DNA of 57,129 nt from Clostridia bacterium (GCA_020047785.1 JAIFNI010000061.1:1-57129), one strand, 5' to 3'; shown: positions 37,857 to 46,730, numbered from the stretch's first letter. Notes: generated from the sequence alone by a model not told the origin. Program-made: numbers and translations.

Positions 37857-38711
37857 TCATTCCTGCGGGACAGCATCTCGGCCATCCAGTATGAAGTCGC
37901 AAGCGTCCTTGATATGGAAAGACGCAAAATAGTGTTCTTCCTTGGGAATCCATTCTTCAAGAAAACGCTTGTGACGTTCCGGTCCATTTCGCATCAGGAT
38001 TCGGGCACTCTGCGTTTCCGCATCCAATGAGAGAAACACGGTGAGATCCCAGGCTGCCGCCAGGGCTGGATGCAGGCAATAAGCTCCTTCCACAATGGAC
38101 AGACGGGTAGGTTTGACCTGTACGGGTACACTGAGAGACATGCTGGAACAATCATATGCTTTTGCATAAAACGGTTTCCCTGACTGCAACCCCATGATGA
38201 CCTCTTCCCGGAACCGTTCCCGGTCCACATTCCCGCCTGGCTCCGCCAGCCGTTCGGAGGTCCGCTGACATGCTTGAAGAAAATAATCATCCATGTGAAA
38301 AACCGTACCGCCATATTTCCCTGCAAGCCATCGCGCAAGCGTCGTTTTGCCTGCGGCAAAGATCTGCCACGTGAACGGAGTCCCTCCGAGACCATACAAG
38401 GCAAGCGCCGCGATGCCCCAGATTGCCCGTCCGCCAATCATGGCAAGGACAAGAGAAACGCATGCATACAATATTTTCCTGGGAAAGAGCCGGTGGAAAA
38501 AACCTGCAAGCAAGCCATAGGAAGCCAGTTCGAACGCCATGGCGAGAGCGGTTGGAAACAGGGGGGGCATGCCAAACAGCAGACTTCGGAGCAATGGGGT
38601 CATCAATCCGACGATTAGGCCATATGGTCCTCCGCAGACAAATCCGCACAGAAGGACGGGTAAATGAAATGCATGGGTAGACCACACATGCTTCGCCTCA
38701 AACACCAGCAA
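37857..38711 (-). pseudogene. Chimeric remnant: 5'-truncated ECF-transporter S-component fused in frame to a P-loop (uridine-kinase-like) kinase lacking the first half of its Walker A motif
   Basis: No ATG start (frame opens with TTG inside the repeat element). TM-rich HLPVLLCGFVCGGPYGL... runs directly into ...IFAAGKTTLARW...FHMDDYF. The first ~12 codons are encoded by the repeat unit at 38675-38711. Confidence 0.55.
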
Positions 38712-38886
38712 ATCCCTATAAATACACCCTAGTCTTTGCGTTTATGTTGCTCGTTCGGTGTATTTATAGGGTAGACCCCTGATGCTTCGCTTTGAATCAC
38801 CAGCAATTCCCTGTAAATGCGTCAATAATCATTCGTGTTCCGTTATCTGTTCGACGCATGTTCGACGCATTTACAGGATAGAAGCC
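38675..38886 (+). repeat. Two tandem units of the GGRTAGACC / ATGCTTCGCYTTGAATCACCAG / variable-hairpin repeat family
   Basis: Unit 1 is 38675-38777 (stem 38714-38728 / 38757-38771). Unit 2 is 38769-38886 (stem 38809-38823 / 38864-38877). The units share the GGGTAGACC junction. Confidence 0.8.
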
Positions 38887-38894
38887 GTTTCTCT

Positions 38895-40646
38895 TCATTC
38901 GTGCCGTATGCTCCGAATGCTCCGCATCTGCAGCTGTATCGTACGAATTGCCTTGAGCCCTGATGGCGCAACACTGACCCTCGTGCCGCGCCCATCCTCC
39001 TCAGAACTGCCATGCAACGGAATTGTATTCGAACCGTCAGCCTCCTCCAGCATCGAGACAAGCTGTCCAGGTATCCAGAGAACCGTATCCTGCGTGGAAT
39101 CATCCTCTTTCCAACTGCAGGAAAACACTCCGGTCTCCGGTTCCCATCGGTAGGACAGGAGCATTCCCGCCACAGATTCCGGCACACCGCGTACAATGGC
39201 ATCGCTGTATCGGAACCCGTCGATGTTCTGCGCGTTCAGACCTGCATCCGGGTAAGCCCAGAAAGTGTCTCCACACCGGCATGTCTCAAAGATCCGCCGA
39301 AGCTGATCTCCCTGTTCTTTTGTTCCACAACCACGTCCTTCTTCTCCCTGCCAGAATGCCCCCCACTCCCCCACCAGCATCGGCCAGCCGGTTGTTGCCC
39401 GTACTTCCTCATGCCGGTCGAAGATGACCGCCACGCGCGCAGGACTCCAAAGGTCATTCTGCTCGGTGTCCACAATGAGGTCATACCCATGAGGCGAATA
39501 GATCTGCTGAGGGTCGCGCCGACCGTTGCGCAGGACAGGCACGATTCCGCTCCGCACACCCATGTTGCTGAAATAGCTGGCTTCCAGAAGCAGGATGGAT
39601 TCGGTATCAACCTCCCGGATGGCGTCGGCCACCCGCTGATAGAAGGGAGACAATGAATCCCGATCGAATGGCTGCAGTTGCGGCTCCATTGAAGCTGCGA
39701 TCCTTTCGTAAACCGGACGTTCGGAGAGCAGCCCCAGCACATGCGCCCGGCCCGCGGGGTCCGCCCAGGCAGCGGCCAGGCCGGCCAATTGCGCATCGTC
39801 GGTTCCGCCTGAAGATCCAAGAGGCATATCCCCGGAAACATCCGTCCACGCTTCCGTTCCTGCAACCACAGCAGGATCCGCTCCTTCCGATGCCTGCCAG
39901 TCGGCAAACGCACCGAGCATGCAGGCCTGTACTTCCATGGCCAGTGTTCCAGGAAAAGGCTCATTAATCAGATCGTACCCAATGACATGTTCATACGCGC
40001 CGAATCGTTCGGCCACACGTCTCCAGGCTTGCGCATAATGGTCCTGAAGGCCGATGCCGTCCGGACCGGGCGCATTCTCCCAGAACCGATCGAAAGCCTG
40101 TTGAACGGCCTCACTGTTGAGATACGCATCGCTCCAGACACTGCCGGATGCATCATGCCGGCTCATGTCGCTCAGGGTCGCCCACCGGGGAGCGCCATCG
40201 CCGAAAGCGATACCATACAAATCCTGATGCATGTCGAGGAATACACGGATGCCGGCTTCTTCGGCAAGCCGAATCATGCCTTCCATCCTGTCGAGGTACG
40301 TTTCATCGATGCGTCCCGGTTCCGGCTCCAATCCATCCCAAATCAGACCAAGCCGCACCACATTCATCCCACGGGACCGCAGGAAACGGAAGTCTTCCGG
40401 TTTCCAATCGCCGACATACCCGCGCGACTTGTCCTTGCAGACCATGTTTACGCCGTGCAGCACCACTTGCCGGCCTTGCCTGTCCAGAAGCCGGTCTCCT
40501 GCCACCTGCAGTTTGCCGGCACCTTCATGCCCGCATCCCTCGCTGCTTCCACTTCTGTCGCTCTTTTCATTTCCCGCATTCTTTGCACTGCTGTCATTCG
40601 TGCAGCTTCTGTCGCTCTTTCCATTTCCGTCATTCATTCTGTCCAT
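38895..40646 (-). CDS. Glycoside hydrolase family 5 (endoglycoceramidase/glucanase-like), cytoplasmic
   Basis: 583-aa ORF, AAGGGGG RBS. LINEPF (acid/base) and GEWGAF (nucleophile) motifs. Low-complexity N-terminus, no signal peptide. Confidence 0.85.
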   Translation of the reverse strand: MDRMNDGNGKSDRSCTNDSSAKNAGNEKSDRSGSSEGCGHEGAGKLQVAGDRLLDRQGRQVVLHGVNMVCKDKSRGYVGDWKPEDFRFLRSRGMNVVRLGLIWDGLEPEPGRIDETYLDRMEGMIRLAEEAGIRVFLDMHQDLYGIAFGDGAPRWATLSDMSRHDASGSVWSDAYLNSEAVQQAFDRFWENAPGPDGIGLQDHYAQAWRRVAERFGAYEHVIGYDLINEPFPGTLAMEVQACMLGAFADWQASEGADPAVVAGTEAWTDVSGDMPLGSSGGTDDAQLAGLAAAWADPAGRAHVLGLLSERPVYERIAASMEPQLQPFDRDSLSPFYQRVADAIREVDTESILLLEASYFSNMGVRSGIVPVLRNGRRDPQQIYSPHGYDLIVDTEQNDLWSPARVAVIFDRHEEVRATTGWPMLVGEWGAFWQGEEGRGCGTKEQGDQLRRIFETCRCGDTFWAYPDAGLNAQNIDGFRYSDAIVRGVPESVAGMLLSYRWEPETGVFSCSWKEDDSTQDTVLWIPGQLVSMLEEADGSNTIPLHGSSEEDGRGTRVSVAPSGLKAIRTIQLQMRSIRSIRHE

Positions 40647-40682
40647 GATTCCCCCTTATTGATGACATCTGTGATATTCCGC

Positions 40683-42146
40683 TCATTCAGCCGCATCCAC
40701 CGGGACAACCGGTTGCAGAGGACCCGGCAGGATTGTCGCGCCAAGTCGCTGCTCCGCGCTGAACTGTGACAGTTCCTCTTCCTTGGCCCTCGTATAGGGA
40801 AAGAGCGCCAGTGGAAGCAGTCCGGCCAGACAAAATGCGACAGGCACAAGCGCGGTGGCCACACGGATGCCCATGACCGCTTCAGCAGACTGTACCGCTG
40901 CCTGTTCCTGATACCCGGTCGCCTTGAGAATCCCCATGAAGAGGATCATCTGCAGCCCGCCGACCGGAGCGGCAAGGATGGCTGAAACGGCAGCAAACAG
41001 GCCTGTCTTGCGCGTTCCGGTCAGACGCTCGTTTTCGTCGATGATGGCCGCGCCAAGCGGTCCGCCCGCCGTCGAAGCAACATAGCGTCCAAACTGCACA
41101 AGAATGTATGCAAGCGTGACCTGCCACCAGTTCACTGCGAGAAACAGGATGCCGAGACCGGTCAGATACGGAATCATGCCCAGAAAGATGGACCGTTTGC
41201 CGCCGATTCGCTTGACCTGGGTCCCGATGACCGGCAGAATGGCCAGCACGACAATCATCGAACCCGTGTCCGCCACGGTGGCCTGAACACCGGAGGCCTT
41301 GATGACGTGATCCATGTAGTAGAGGTATGCCGTGAAATAGATGCCCATCGGTCCGAAGGTCAGCATCCCGTGGAAGAACCAGGTCCAGAACGCTTTCATT
41401 TTGAAAATGCTTGTCACATCCCGCCAGATGGTTTCCAGACGAATCCCGTCCGCGTCCGCACTGCCGCGGCTGTACATTTCAGGGGTTTCCTTCAGCCTGG
41501 TCACGGAAAGCAGATACAGCACCATATTCAGCAGAATGACCCCCATCAGGATGGAAATGATCTGCATCCGGTTCTTTTGTGCGCTTCCGACCAGCAGCAG
41601 GGTAGGAACAATGGTCGCAAAGAAACTCGTGATGTTGGAAATGTAGCCGCGAAGCACATCGACATCGATGCGTTCTTCCTTGGTCGGCGCCGCAATGAGC
41701 TGGTAGCAGTTGTTGGAGATGCCGAAGAGGGTGAAGGCCGTGTCGAAAAGAAACAACTCGCCCAGCAGCACCAGAAACAGGGTTTTCTGCGGCCAGTCCG
41801 GACTCGAAAAAAGCATCGCGGCCAGGCACACAAGAATGAAGGGCACTGTGATGCGCATCAGATAAAGGAACTTCCCTTTCCCCGGGCGGTACTTCATCTT
41901 GTCGATCAGGACGCCGAAGACCGGGTCATTGAGCATGTTCCAGAGGTTGAACCAGAAATAGATGAGCCCGACATACACCGGATCCAGTCCGATGACATCC
42001 GTATACATCTTGATATACACATTGTGGATGAGCACGGAACTCAGCGACATGGCGGGACCGGGCAGTGCAAGAAGCCATTTCTGTCCGAGGGTGATGCCGG
42101 TTCTCGTGAAGCGGTATTGGCCGGCGATACTTTTCAACCACTGCAT
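40683..42146 (-). CDS. GPH-family (MelB-like) glycoside:cation symporter, MFS superfamily
   Basis: 487-aa multi-TM ORF, AAGGAGG RBS. N-terminal pattern YTDVIGL...NDPVFGVLIDK typical of GPH transporters. Confidence 0.85.
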   Translation of the reverse strand: MQWLKSIAGQYRFTRTGITLGQKWLLALPGPAMSLSSVLIHNVYIKMYTDVIGLDPVYVGLIYFWFNLWNMLNDPVFGVLIDKMKYRPGKGKFLYLMRITVPFILVCLAAMLFSSPDWPQKTLFLVLLGELFLFDTAFTLFGISNNCYQLIAAPTKEERIDVDVLRGYISNITSFFATIVPTLLLVGSAQKNRMQIISILMGVILLNMVLYLLSVTRLKETPEMYSRGSADADGIRLETIWRDVTSIFKMKAFWTWFFHGMLTFGPMGIYFTAYLYYMDHVIKASGVQATVADTGSMIVVLAILPVIGTQVKRIGGKRSIFLGMIPYLTGLGILFLAVNWWQVTLAYILVQFGRYVASTAGGPLGAAIIDENERLTGTRKTGLFAAVSAILAAPVGGLQMILFMGILKATGYQEQAAVQSAEAVMGIRVATALVPVAFCLAGLLPLALFPYTRAKEEELSQFSAEQRLGATILPGPLQPVVPVDAAE

Positions 42147-42158
42147 GGGTGAACCTCC

Positions 42159-43049
42159 TTATACCGGTCGAACCGGAATCATCAGGGTGAAGACATGAAT
42201 GTGTTCCGGTCCGCCGCCTGGTTCCAGATCAAAAATCGTTTTTTCGATGGCCGGACCGCTCAAAAGAAGTCCATTTCCCCGTGCATATGCCTGCATGCGG
42301 TCATACACGGCATCCACCTCATCGTGGTTGTGGGAACGGACCAGGACCGAAGCCACAAGATGTTTTCCGGAAGGAACAGTCCGCATCAACGGATGAGGCA
42401 TGGGGACCGGTGTTTCCGAAAGCAACCCGTAATGTGTGTATTTGTGGTAACGCCGAAGCTCGAGATCCTGAACGGAGATGCTTGAAAAGATGGAAGCGCC
42501 CGGGAGCCAGGCGGGATCGAGCGCCTGCTGCACGCCACGGGTCCCTTCGATATCCAGCTCTCCTTCTTCTTCCCGGCTCCAGGCTGCATGCATGTTCTGA
42601 CCGGAATCCCGGTCTTTGCAGCCGTCTCCCTCCGGTATCTGTCGATAGGGAATGGCAATCAGATGCAGTTCCGGCAGATTCATCTCCGCAGGCAATCCTG
42701 CATGATCCATCGCACCCAGCTGGTCCCGGATGGTGCCCAGTTTCGCGCGTGCCCGCTCCAGCTCCGAAATTCGGGCATGCAAGGCATCCAGTTGCCGGTC
42801 GAGTCGTTTTACCGCCTCATCAGTCGTTTTCGATTCCAGAAGACCACGAATCTCCTGCGCAGGCACATCGGCACTGCGCAGGGCCAGTACCGTGCCGATG
42901 CGTTCGAACTGCCTCGAGCTGTATAGCCGATACCCGTTGTCAGCAATCTTTTCCGGCTGCAGAAGGCCTTCATGATCATAGTAGCGAAGGGTCTCGACCG
43001 TGATGCGGAAAAGCGCCGAGATCTCACCGATGTGGTAATACTCCCTCAT
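42159..43049 (-). CDS. MerR family transcriptional regulator with GyrI-like effector-binding domain (BmrR-type)
   Basis: ORF 42159..43073. ATG 43049 has GAGGAA upstream. HIGEISALFRITVETLRYYDHEGLL HTH, coiled-coil linker, C-terminal GyrI-like region. Confidence 0.85.
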   Translation of the reverse strand: MREYYHIGEISALFRITVETLRYYDHEGLLQPEKIADNGYRLYSSRQFERIGTVLALRSADVPAQEIRGLLESKTTDEAVKRLDRQLDALHARISELERARAKLGTIRDQLGAMDHAGLPAEMNLPELHLIAIPYRQIPEGDGCKDRDSGQNMHAAWSREEEGELDIEGTRGVQQALDPAWLPGASIFSSISVQDLELRRYHKYTHYGLLSETPVPMPHPLMRTVPSGKHLVASVLVRSHNHDEVDAVYDRMQAYARGNGLLLSGPAIEKTIFDLEPGGGPEHIHVFTLMIPVRPV

Positions 43050-43100
43050 GGTTTCCTCATTTCGGAAATGCACTTCAATGGCTGACTCGAAGGCTCTCGC

Positions 43101-43208
43101 GATGATTTCCTCGTTGTCTCACGTGATGATTTACTCGATGATTTACGTGATGATTTATTCGTTGATTCACTCGTTGATTCACTCGTTGATTCATTCGTTG
43201 TTTCCATG
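43101..43208. repeat. Nine tandem 12-nt units (GATGATTTACTC / GTTGATTCACTC variants)
   Basis: Strict 12-nt periodicity read from 43101 to about 43208. Lies between the MerR-type promoter and the merR-like start codon. Confidence 0.8.
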
Positions 43209-43236
43209 ATAAACCCTGAAGTCACTATAGGGTCAA
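43206..43236 (-). promoter_or_regulatory. MerR-type promoter: TTGACC - 19-nt spacer containing the dyad ACCCT-N11-AGGGT - TATCAT
   Basis: Minus strand: -35 at 43231-43236, spacer 43212-43230 (19 nt), -10 at 43206-43211. Dyad arms lie within and across the -35/spacer. Points toward the merR-like gene, symporter and GH5. Confidence 0.6.
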
Positions 43237-43461
43237 TACCACTGGAAAAAGAATTTTAAAAGTCAATCCATGATTGGTATGCAAATACGCAAAGCCGTTT
43301 TACATACCAATCATCCATCTGTCCTATGCAGCTCACAGTTCCGGATTTCATTTTGATTTTTCTTCCACGCTGAATCCAACAAAATATTTCATTCTGTTCA
43401 TCTTGCATTTATCCTGAGGATTTATAGTAAAAACACAATAAGTATCACGGAGGTTTTCAAG

Positions 43462-44346
43462 ATGGCCATGACAAGAAAAAAGACTTCAAACAATGGATGG
43501 ATCATCGGGGTCGGGTTGGGCTTCCTGGCCATCGCAATCGTTGCAGTTCCGATGCTCACGCCCAAGGACGAGACCAGAAACTACCAGAGCGCAACGGTCA
43601 GCAAAGAAACAATTGAAACTTTCTACACATTCACAGGCAGTGTGAAAAGCCGCGATACACAAAGCGTCATGGCGGAAAAAATCCTGCAAATCAAGGAGAT
43701 CAAGTGCGTGGAAGGCGTGAAGGTTCTGAAGGGGGATGTGCTCTTTGTCGCATCCGACAAGACGGAAGTGAAGGCGAAAATCGACGGCACCATTTCCACC
43801 ATCCACGTCGAAGCGGACGAACAGGTCATGTCCGGCGCCCTGCTCTGTGACATCATCGATTTCGAGCACCTGCAGGTCAGTGTCCGGGTTGACGAATACG
43901 ACTTGGATGCCATCGCGGAAGGTGACACGATTGATGTCACCATCAATGCGCTGGACAAGGAAGTATCCGGAACGGTTGCCTCCCTTTCCGATACGGCTGT
44001 CAATCAGAACGGGGTTTCGTTCTTCACCGCAACCGTCGACCTGGAACAGGATGAGGAAATCAGGATCGGGATGACCGCCGAGGCCAAAATCCAGAACGAA
44101 GAGTCCGTCGACGCCTTGACCCTTCCCATGAAGGCCCTGATGTTCGATGAGGAAAACAATCCGTATGTCTTTACAGGAAATCAGGACGGGTCCATGACCA
44201 AGACGGCAGTCGTCGTCGGCCTCCAGAATGGAAAAACAGTGGAAGTGACCAATGGCGTCCGCGATGGTGAAACCATCTACTACAGCAGGACGAGTGATGC
44301 CGGGCAGGCGGATGCGGGCTTCATGCCTCCGATGCCGGGTCGATAG
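43462..44346 (+). CDS. Efflux periplasmic adaptor (HlyD/MacA-like membrane fusion protein)
   Basis: 294-aa ORF, GGAGG RBS. N-terminal TM anchor, barrel-sandwich/coiled pattern. Confidence 0.85.
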   Translation: MAMTRKKTSNNGWIIGVGLGFLAIAIVAVPMLTPKDETRNYQSATVSKETIETFYTFTGSVKSRDTQSVMAEKILQIKEIKCVEGVKVLKGDVLFVASDKTEVKAKIDGTISTIHVEADEQVMSGALLCDIIDFEHLQVSVRVDEYDLDAIAEGDTIDVTINALDKEVSGTVASLSDTAVNQNGVSFFTATVDLEQDEEIRIGMTAEAKIQNEESVDALTLPMKALMFDEENNPYVFTGNQDGSMTKTAVVVGLQNGKTVEVTNGVRDGETIYYSRTSDAGQADAGFMPPMPGR

Positions 44347-44357
44347 GAGGAGCCGAG

Positions 44358-45134
44358 ATGTCGAACCAAATCCTTTCCATGCAGAATATCGTCAAAACCT
44401 ACCAAATGGGGTTGGAAGAGCAAACTGTCCTGAAAGGCGTCAACTTCTCCCTGAACGAAGGGGAGTTCGTGTCCATCCTTGGACCTTCCGGTTCCGGAAA
44501 ATCCACCCTGATGAACATCATCGGCTGTCTGGATGTCCCCACCAGCGGTGCGTATACGCTCAACGGGCATTCAGTGGAGGAACTCGACGAGTGCGACCTT
44601 GCGCAGGCGAGAAACAGTGAAATCGGGTTTGTGTTTCAACAATTCCAGCTCCTGCCCCGGCTGTCCGCTTTGCAGAATGTCGAGCTTCCCCTGATTTATT
44701 CCGGAATTCCAGGCAAGGAACGCAGAAAAATGGCAGCCGACATGCTGGTGAAGGTGGGGTTGGGTGACAAACTGAAAAACCGTCCCAATCAATTGTCCGG
44801 CGGGCAGCAGCAGCGGGTGGCGATCGCAAGGGCACTGGTCACCCACCCCACCATCCTGTTGGCTGACGAACCAACCGGCGCGTTGGATCAAAAGACGGGA
44901 AACCAAATCATGGACCTGTTTCAAGCGCTGAACAAAGAGGGCAGGACCATCGTCATGATCACCCATGATGAAAAAATCGCCGCACATGGCAGCCGCGTCG
45001 TGAAAATTTTGGATGGCGAATTGTTCGAAGAACGCAATCGAATGAAACTCCTCCCAATCATGTCGGAAAGTGCCGAAGACTTACTGAACATCCCGAACAA
45101 TCCACCTACGACAGACCAGATGCAGGAGGACTGA
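44358..45134 (+). CDS. ABC transporter ATP-binding protein (MacB/LolD-type)
   Basis: GPSGSGKST Walker A, LSGGQQQR signature, LLADEPT Walker B. Confidence 0.9.
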   Translation: MSNQILSMQNIVKTYQMGLEEQTVLKGVNFSLNEGEFVSILGPSGSGKSTLMNIIGCLDVPTSGAYTLNGHSVEELDECDLAQARNSEIGFVFQQFQLLPRLSALQNVELPLIYSGIPGKERRKMAADMLVKVGLGDKLKNRPNQLSGGQQQRVAIARALVTHPTILLADEPTGALDQKTGNQIMDLFQALNKEGRTIVMITHDEKIAAHGSRVVKILDGELFEERNRMKLLPIMSESAEDLLNIPNNPPTTDQMQED

Positions 45135-45137
45135 AAC

Positions 45138-46310
45138 GTGCTGAAAGAAAGCATTCTCATGTCATGGCAAAACATCATCCACAACAAGATGCGTTCCTTT
45201 CTGACGGTGTTGGGCGTACTTATCGGCGTTGCCTCCATCATTGCCCTGATTTCCATTGTGCAGGGCGTTACGGACAACATCACCTCCCAGGTCATGGACA
45301 TGGGCGCGAACAAAGTCACCGTTCAGGCAATGGGGACCCCCTTGAAAAGAGGGCTCTCAGTCAATGACATGGATACCATCTCTTCCATCGACAACATCAA
45401 GGGCGTGTCTCCAGGCGTCAGCGGCCGAACAAGTCTCTCTCATGAAGGTCATGTCATGGAAGAGGTGGATGTGCAGGGCAGAAATGAAGTGCACTTTGCA
45501 AACACGGAGGACTTGCTCCAAAGCGGCAGAGCCATCAACCGGCTGGATGTGGACAACAGGAACCAGGTCTGTCTGATTGGCCACGATGTCGTATCCGAAC
45601 TCTTTCCGACAGAGAACCCGATTGACAGGGAAATCATCGTGAACGGCAGCACGTTTCTTGTCATCGGCACCTTGCAGGAATCAAGCGGATTTTCGGCAGG
45701 CGGGAATGATCAGGCGGTGATCATCCCCTATACGACGGCAAAAAGCCTGCTCGGGATCGGATATGTCACATCCCTCGACGTTTACCTGATGGATGAGACA
45801 TTGTCCGACACCACGACCGCTGAAATCGAATCGGCCCTGCAAGTCGCCTTCAACGACAATGAGGATGGTTACAAGGTTTCCAACATGCAGGGCATTCTCG
45901 ATACGGTCGCCGACATGACCGGAACGCTGACACTGATGCTGGCGGGCATCGCCTGCATCTCCCTGATTGTCGGCGGCATAGGGATCATGAACATGATGCT
46001 GGTGACCGTGACAGAACGCACAGCCGAAATCGGTCTCCGGAAAGCGCTTGGCGCGGAACCCAAAACCATCCAATGGCAATTTGTCCTTGAAGCCCTGTTC
46101 CTTTCCTTGTTCGGCGGCGTACTCGGACTAGTCGCCGGGGTTGCGGTTGCTTATGTCGGCAGCATGCTCATGGGCGTGAGTTTCATCGTTCCTGCCTATT
46201 CCATCGGGCTGGCAGTCGGTTTTTCCGCCATCATCGGGATTGTCTTCGGATACTCTCCCGCCCGAAAAGCAAGCAGGCTGAATCCCATTGATGCCTTGCG
46301 GAGTGCCTGA
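45138..46310 (+). CDS. ABC transporter permease (MacB_PCD + FtsX domain)
   Basis: 390-aa ORF, GTG start 8 nt after AGGAGG. N-terminal TM, periplasmic domain, C-terminal FtsX-like three-TM bundle. Confidence 0.9.
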   Translation: MLKESILMSWQNIIHNKMRSFLTVLGVLIGVASIIALISIVQGVTDNITSQVMDMGANKVTVQAMGTPLKRGLSVNDMDTISSIDNIKGVSPGVSGRTSLSHEGHVMEEVDVQGRNEVHFANTEDLLQSGRAINRLDVDNRNQVCLIGHDVVSELFPTENPIDREIIVNGSTFLVIGTLQESSGFSAGGNDQAVIIPYTTAKSLLGIGYVTSLDVYLMDETLSDTTTAEIESALQVAFNDNEDGYKVSNMQGILDTVADMTGTLTLMLAGIACISLIVGGIGIMNMMLVTVTERTAEIGLRKALGAEPKTIQWQFVLEALFLSLFGGVLGLVAGVAVAYVGSMLMGVSFIVPAYSIGLAVGFSAIIGIVFGYSPARKASRLNPIDALRSA

Positions 46311-46525
46311 ATTTTTCGTGATATGATTGTACAAACGGTATTCCGAGGTTGCGCGCCTGGATTGCGATAGCCCCTTTGCCTGAGAGCCTGACCTAATTGA
46401 CTGCTTGCAGAAATATGTATGTTTCCAGGCTCCAAATGACTTCGACTAAAAACATCAAAAGACTTCGATTAAAAGCTCCAGAACACTCCGATTACTCTTG
46501 ATGTCAATCAGGATAATATGATAAC

Positions 46526-46730
46526 ATGATTCTCGTACACAAAGTCGATTTTCGACTTTTTCATGCAAGTTGCAGAATGCAACTTGCATGCTTGTGGCGA
46601 CATTGTCGCCACAAGGCACGGAATCACATGATTCGGTGTGTGAATGACACATATTGTGCCATTCACATGCAGGATTCCAGAGGAATCCTGCATAACAACT
46701 CGCAAAAGCGAGTTGTTACACCAGAATCAT
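46526..46730. other. Multi-hairpin structured element, copy A (seven abutting stem-loops inside an 8-bp closing helix)
   Basis: Closing helix 46526-46533 / 46723-46730. H1 46541-46559, H2 46562-46590, H3 46591-46615, H4 46617-46638, H5 46640-46666, H6 46667-46693, H7 46694-46717. All read directly. Confidence 0.85.

Noticed and set aside
38675-38886. Possible degenerate CRISPR array (a ~40-nt conserved segment recurring at ~95-110-nt spacing).
   Set aside because: There are only two direct copies, and they are about 80-85 percent identical rather than identical. Each supposed spacer contains the inverted partner of the end of the repeat. A third copy is solitary on the other strand, and no cas genes are present.
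43078-43209. Short ORFs through the 12-nt repeat tract (plus strand 43 aa MADSKALAMISSLSHVMIYS...; minus strand 56 aa METTNESTSESTS...).
   Set aside because: Neither has a Shine-Dalgarno. The minus-strand ATG coincides with the predicted -10 hexamer, so it would lie upstream of the transcript start. The translations are merely periodic low-complexity sequence.
46497-46525. Promoter-like TTGATG (46497) / TTGACA (48143) hexamers just upstream of both hairpin elements.
   Set aside because: No acceptable -10 hexamer lies at 16-18 nt spacing in either copy, so a promoter call is not supported from sequence alone.
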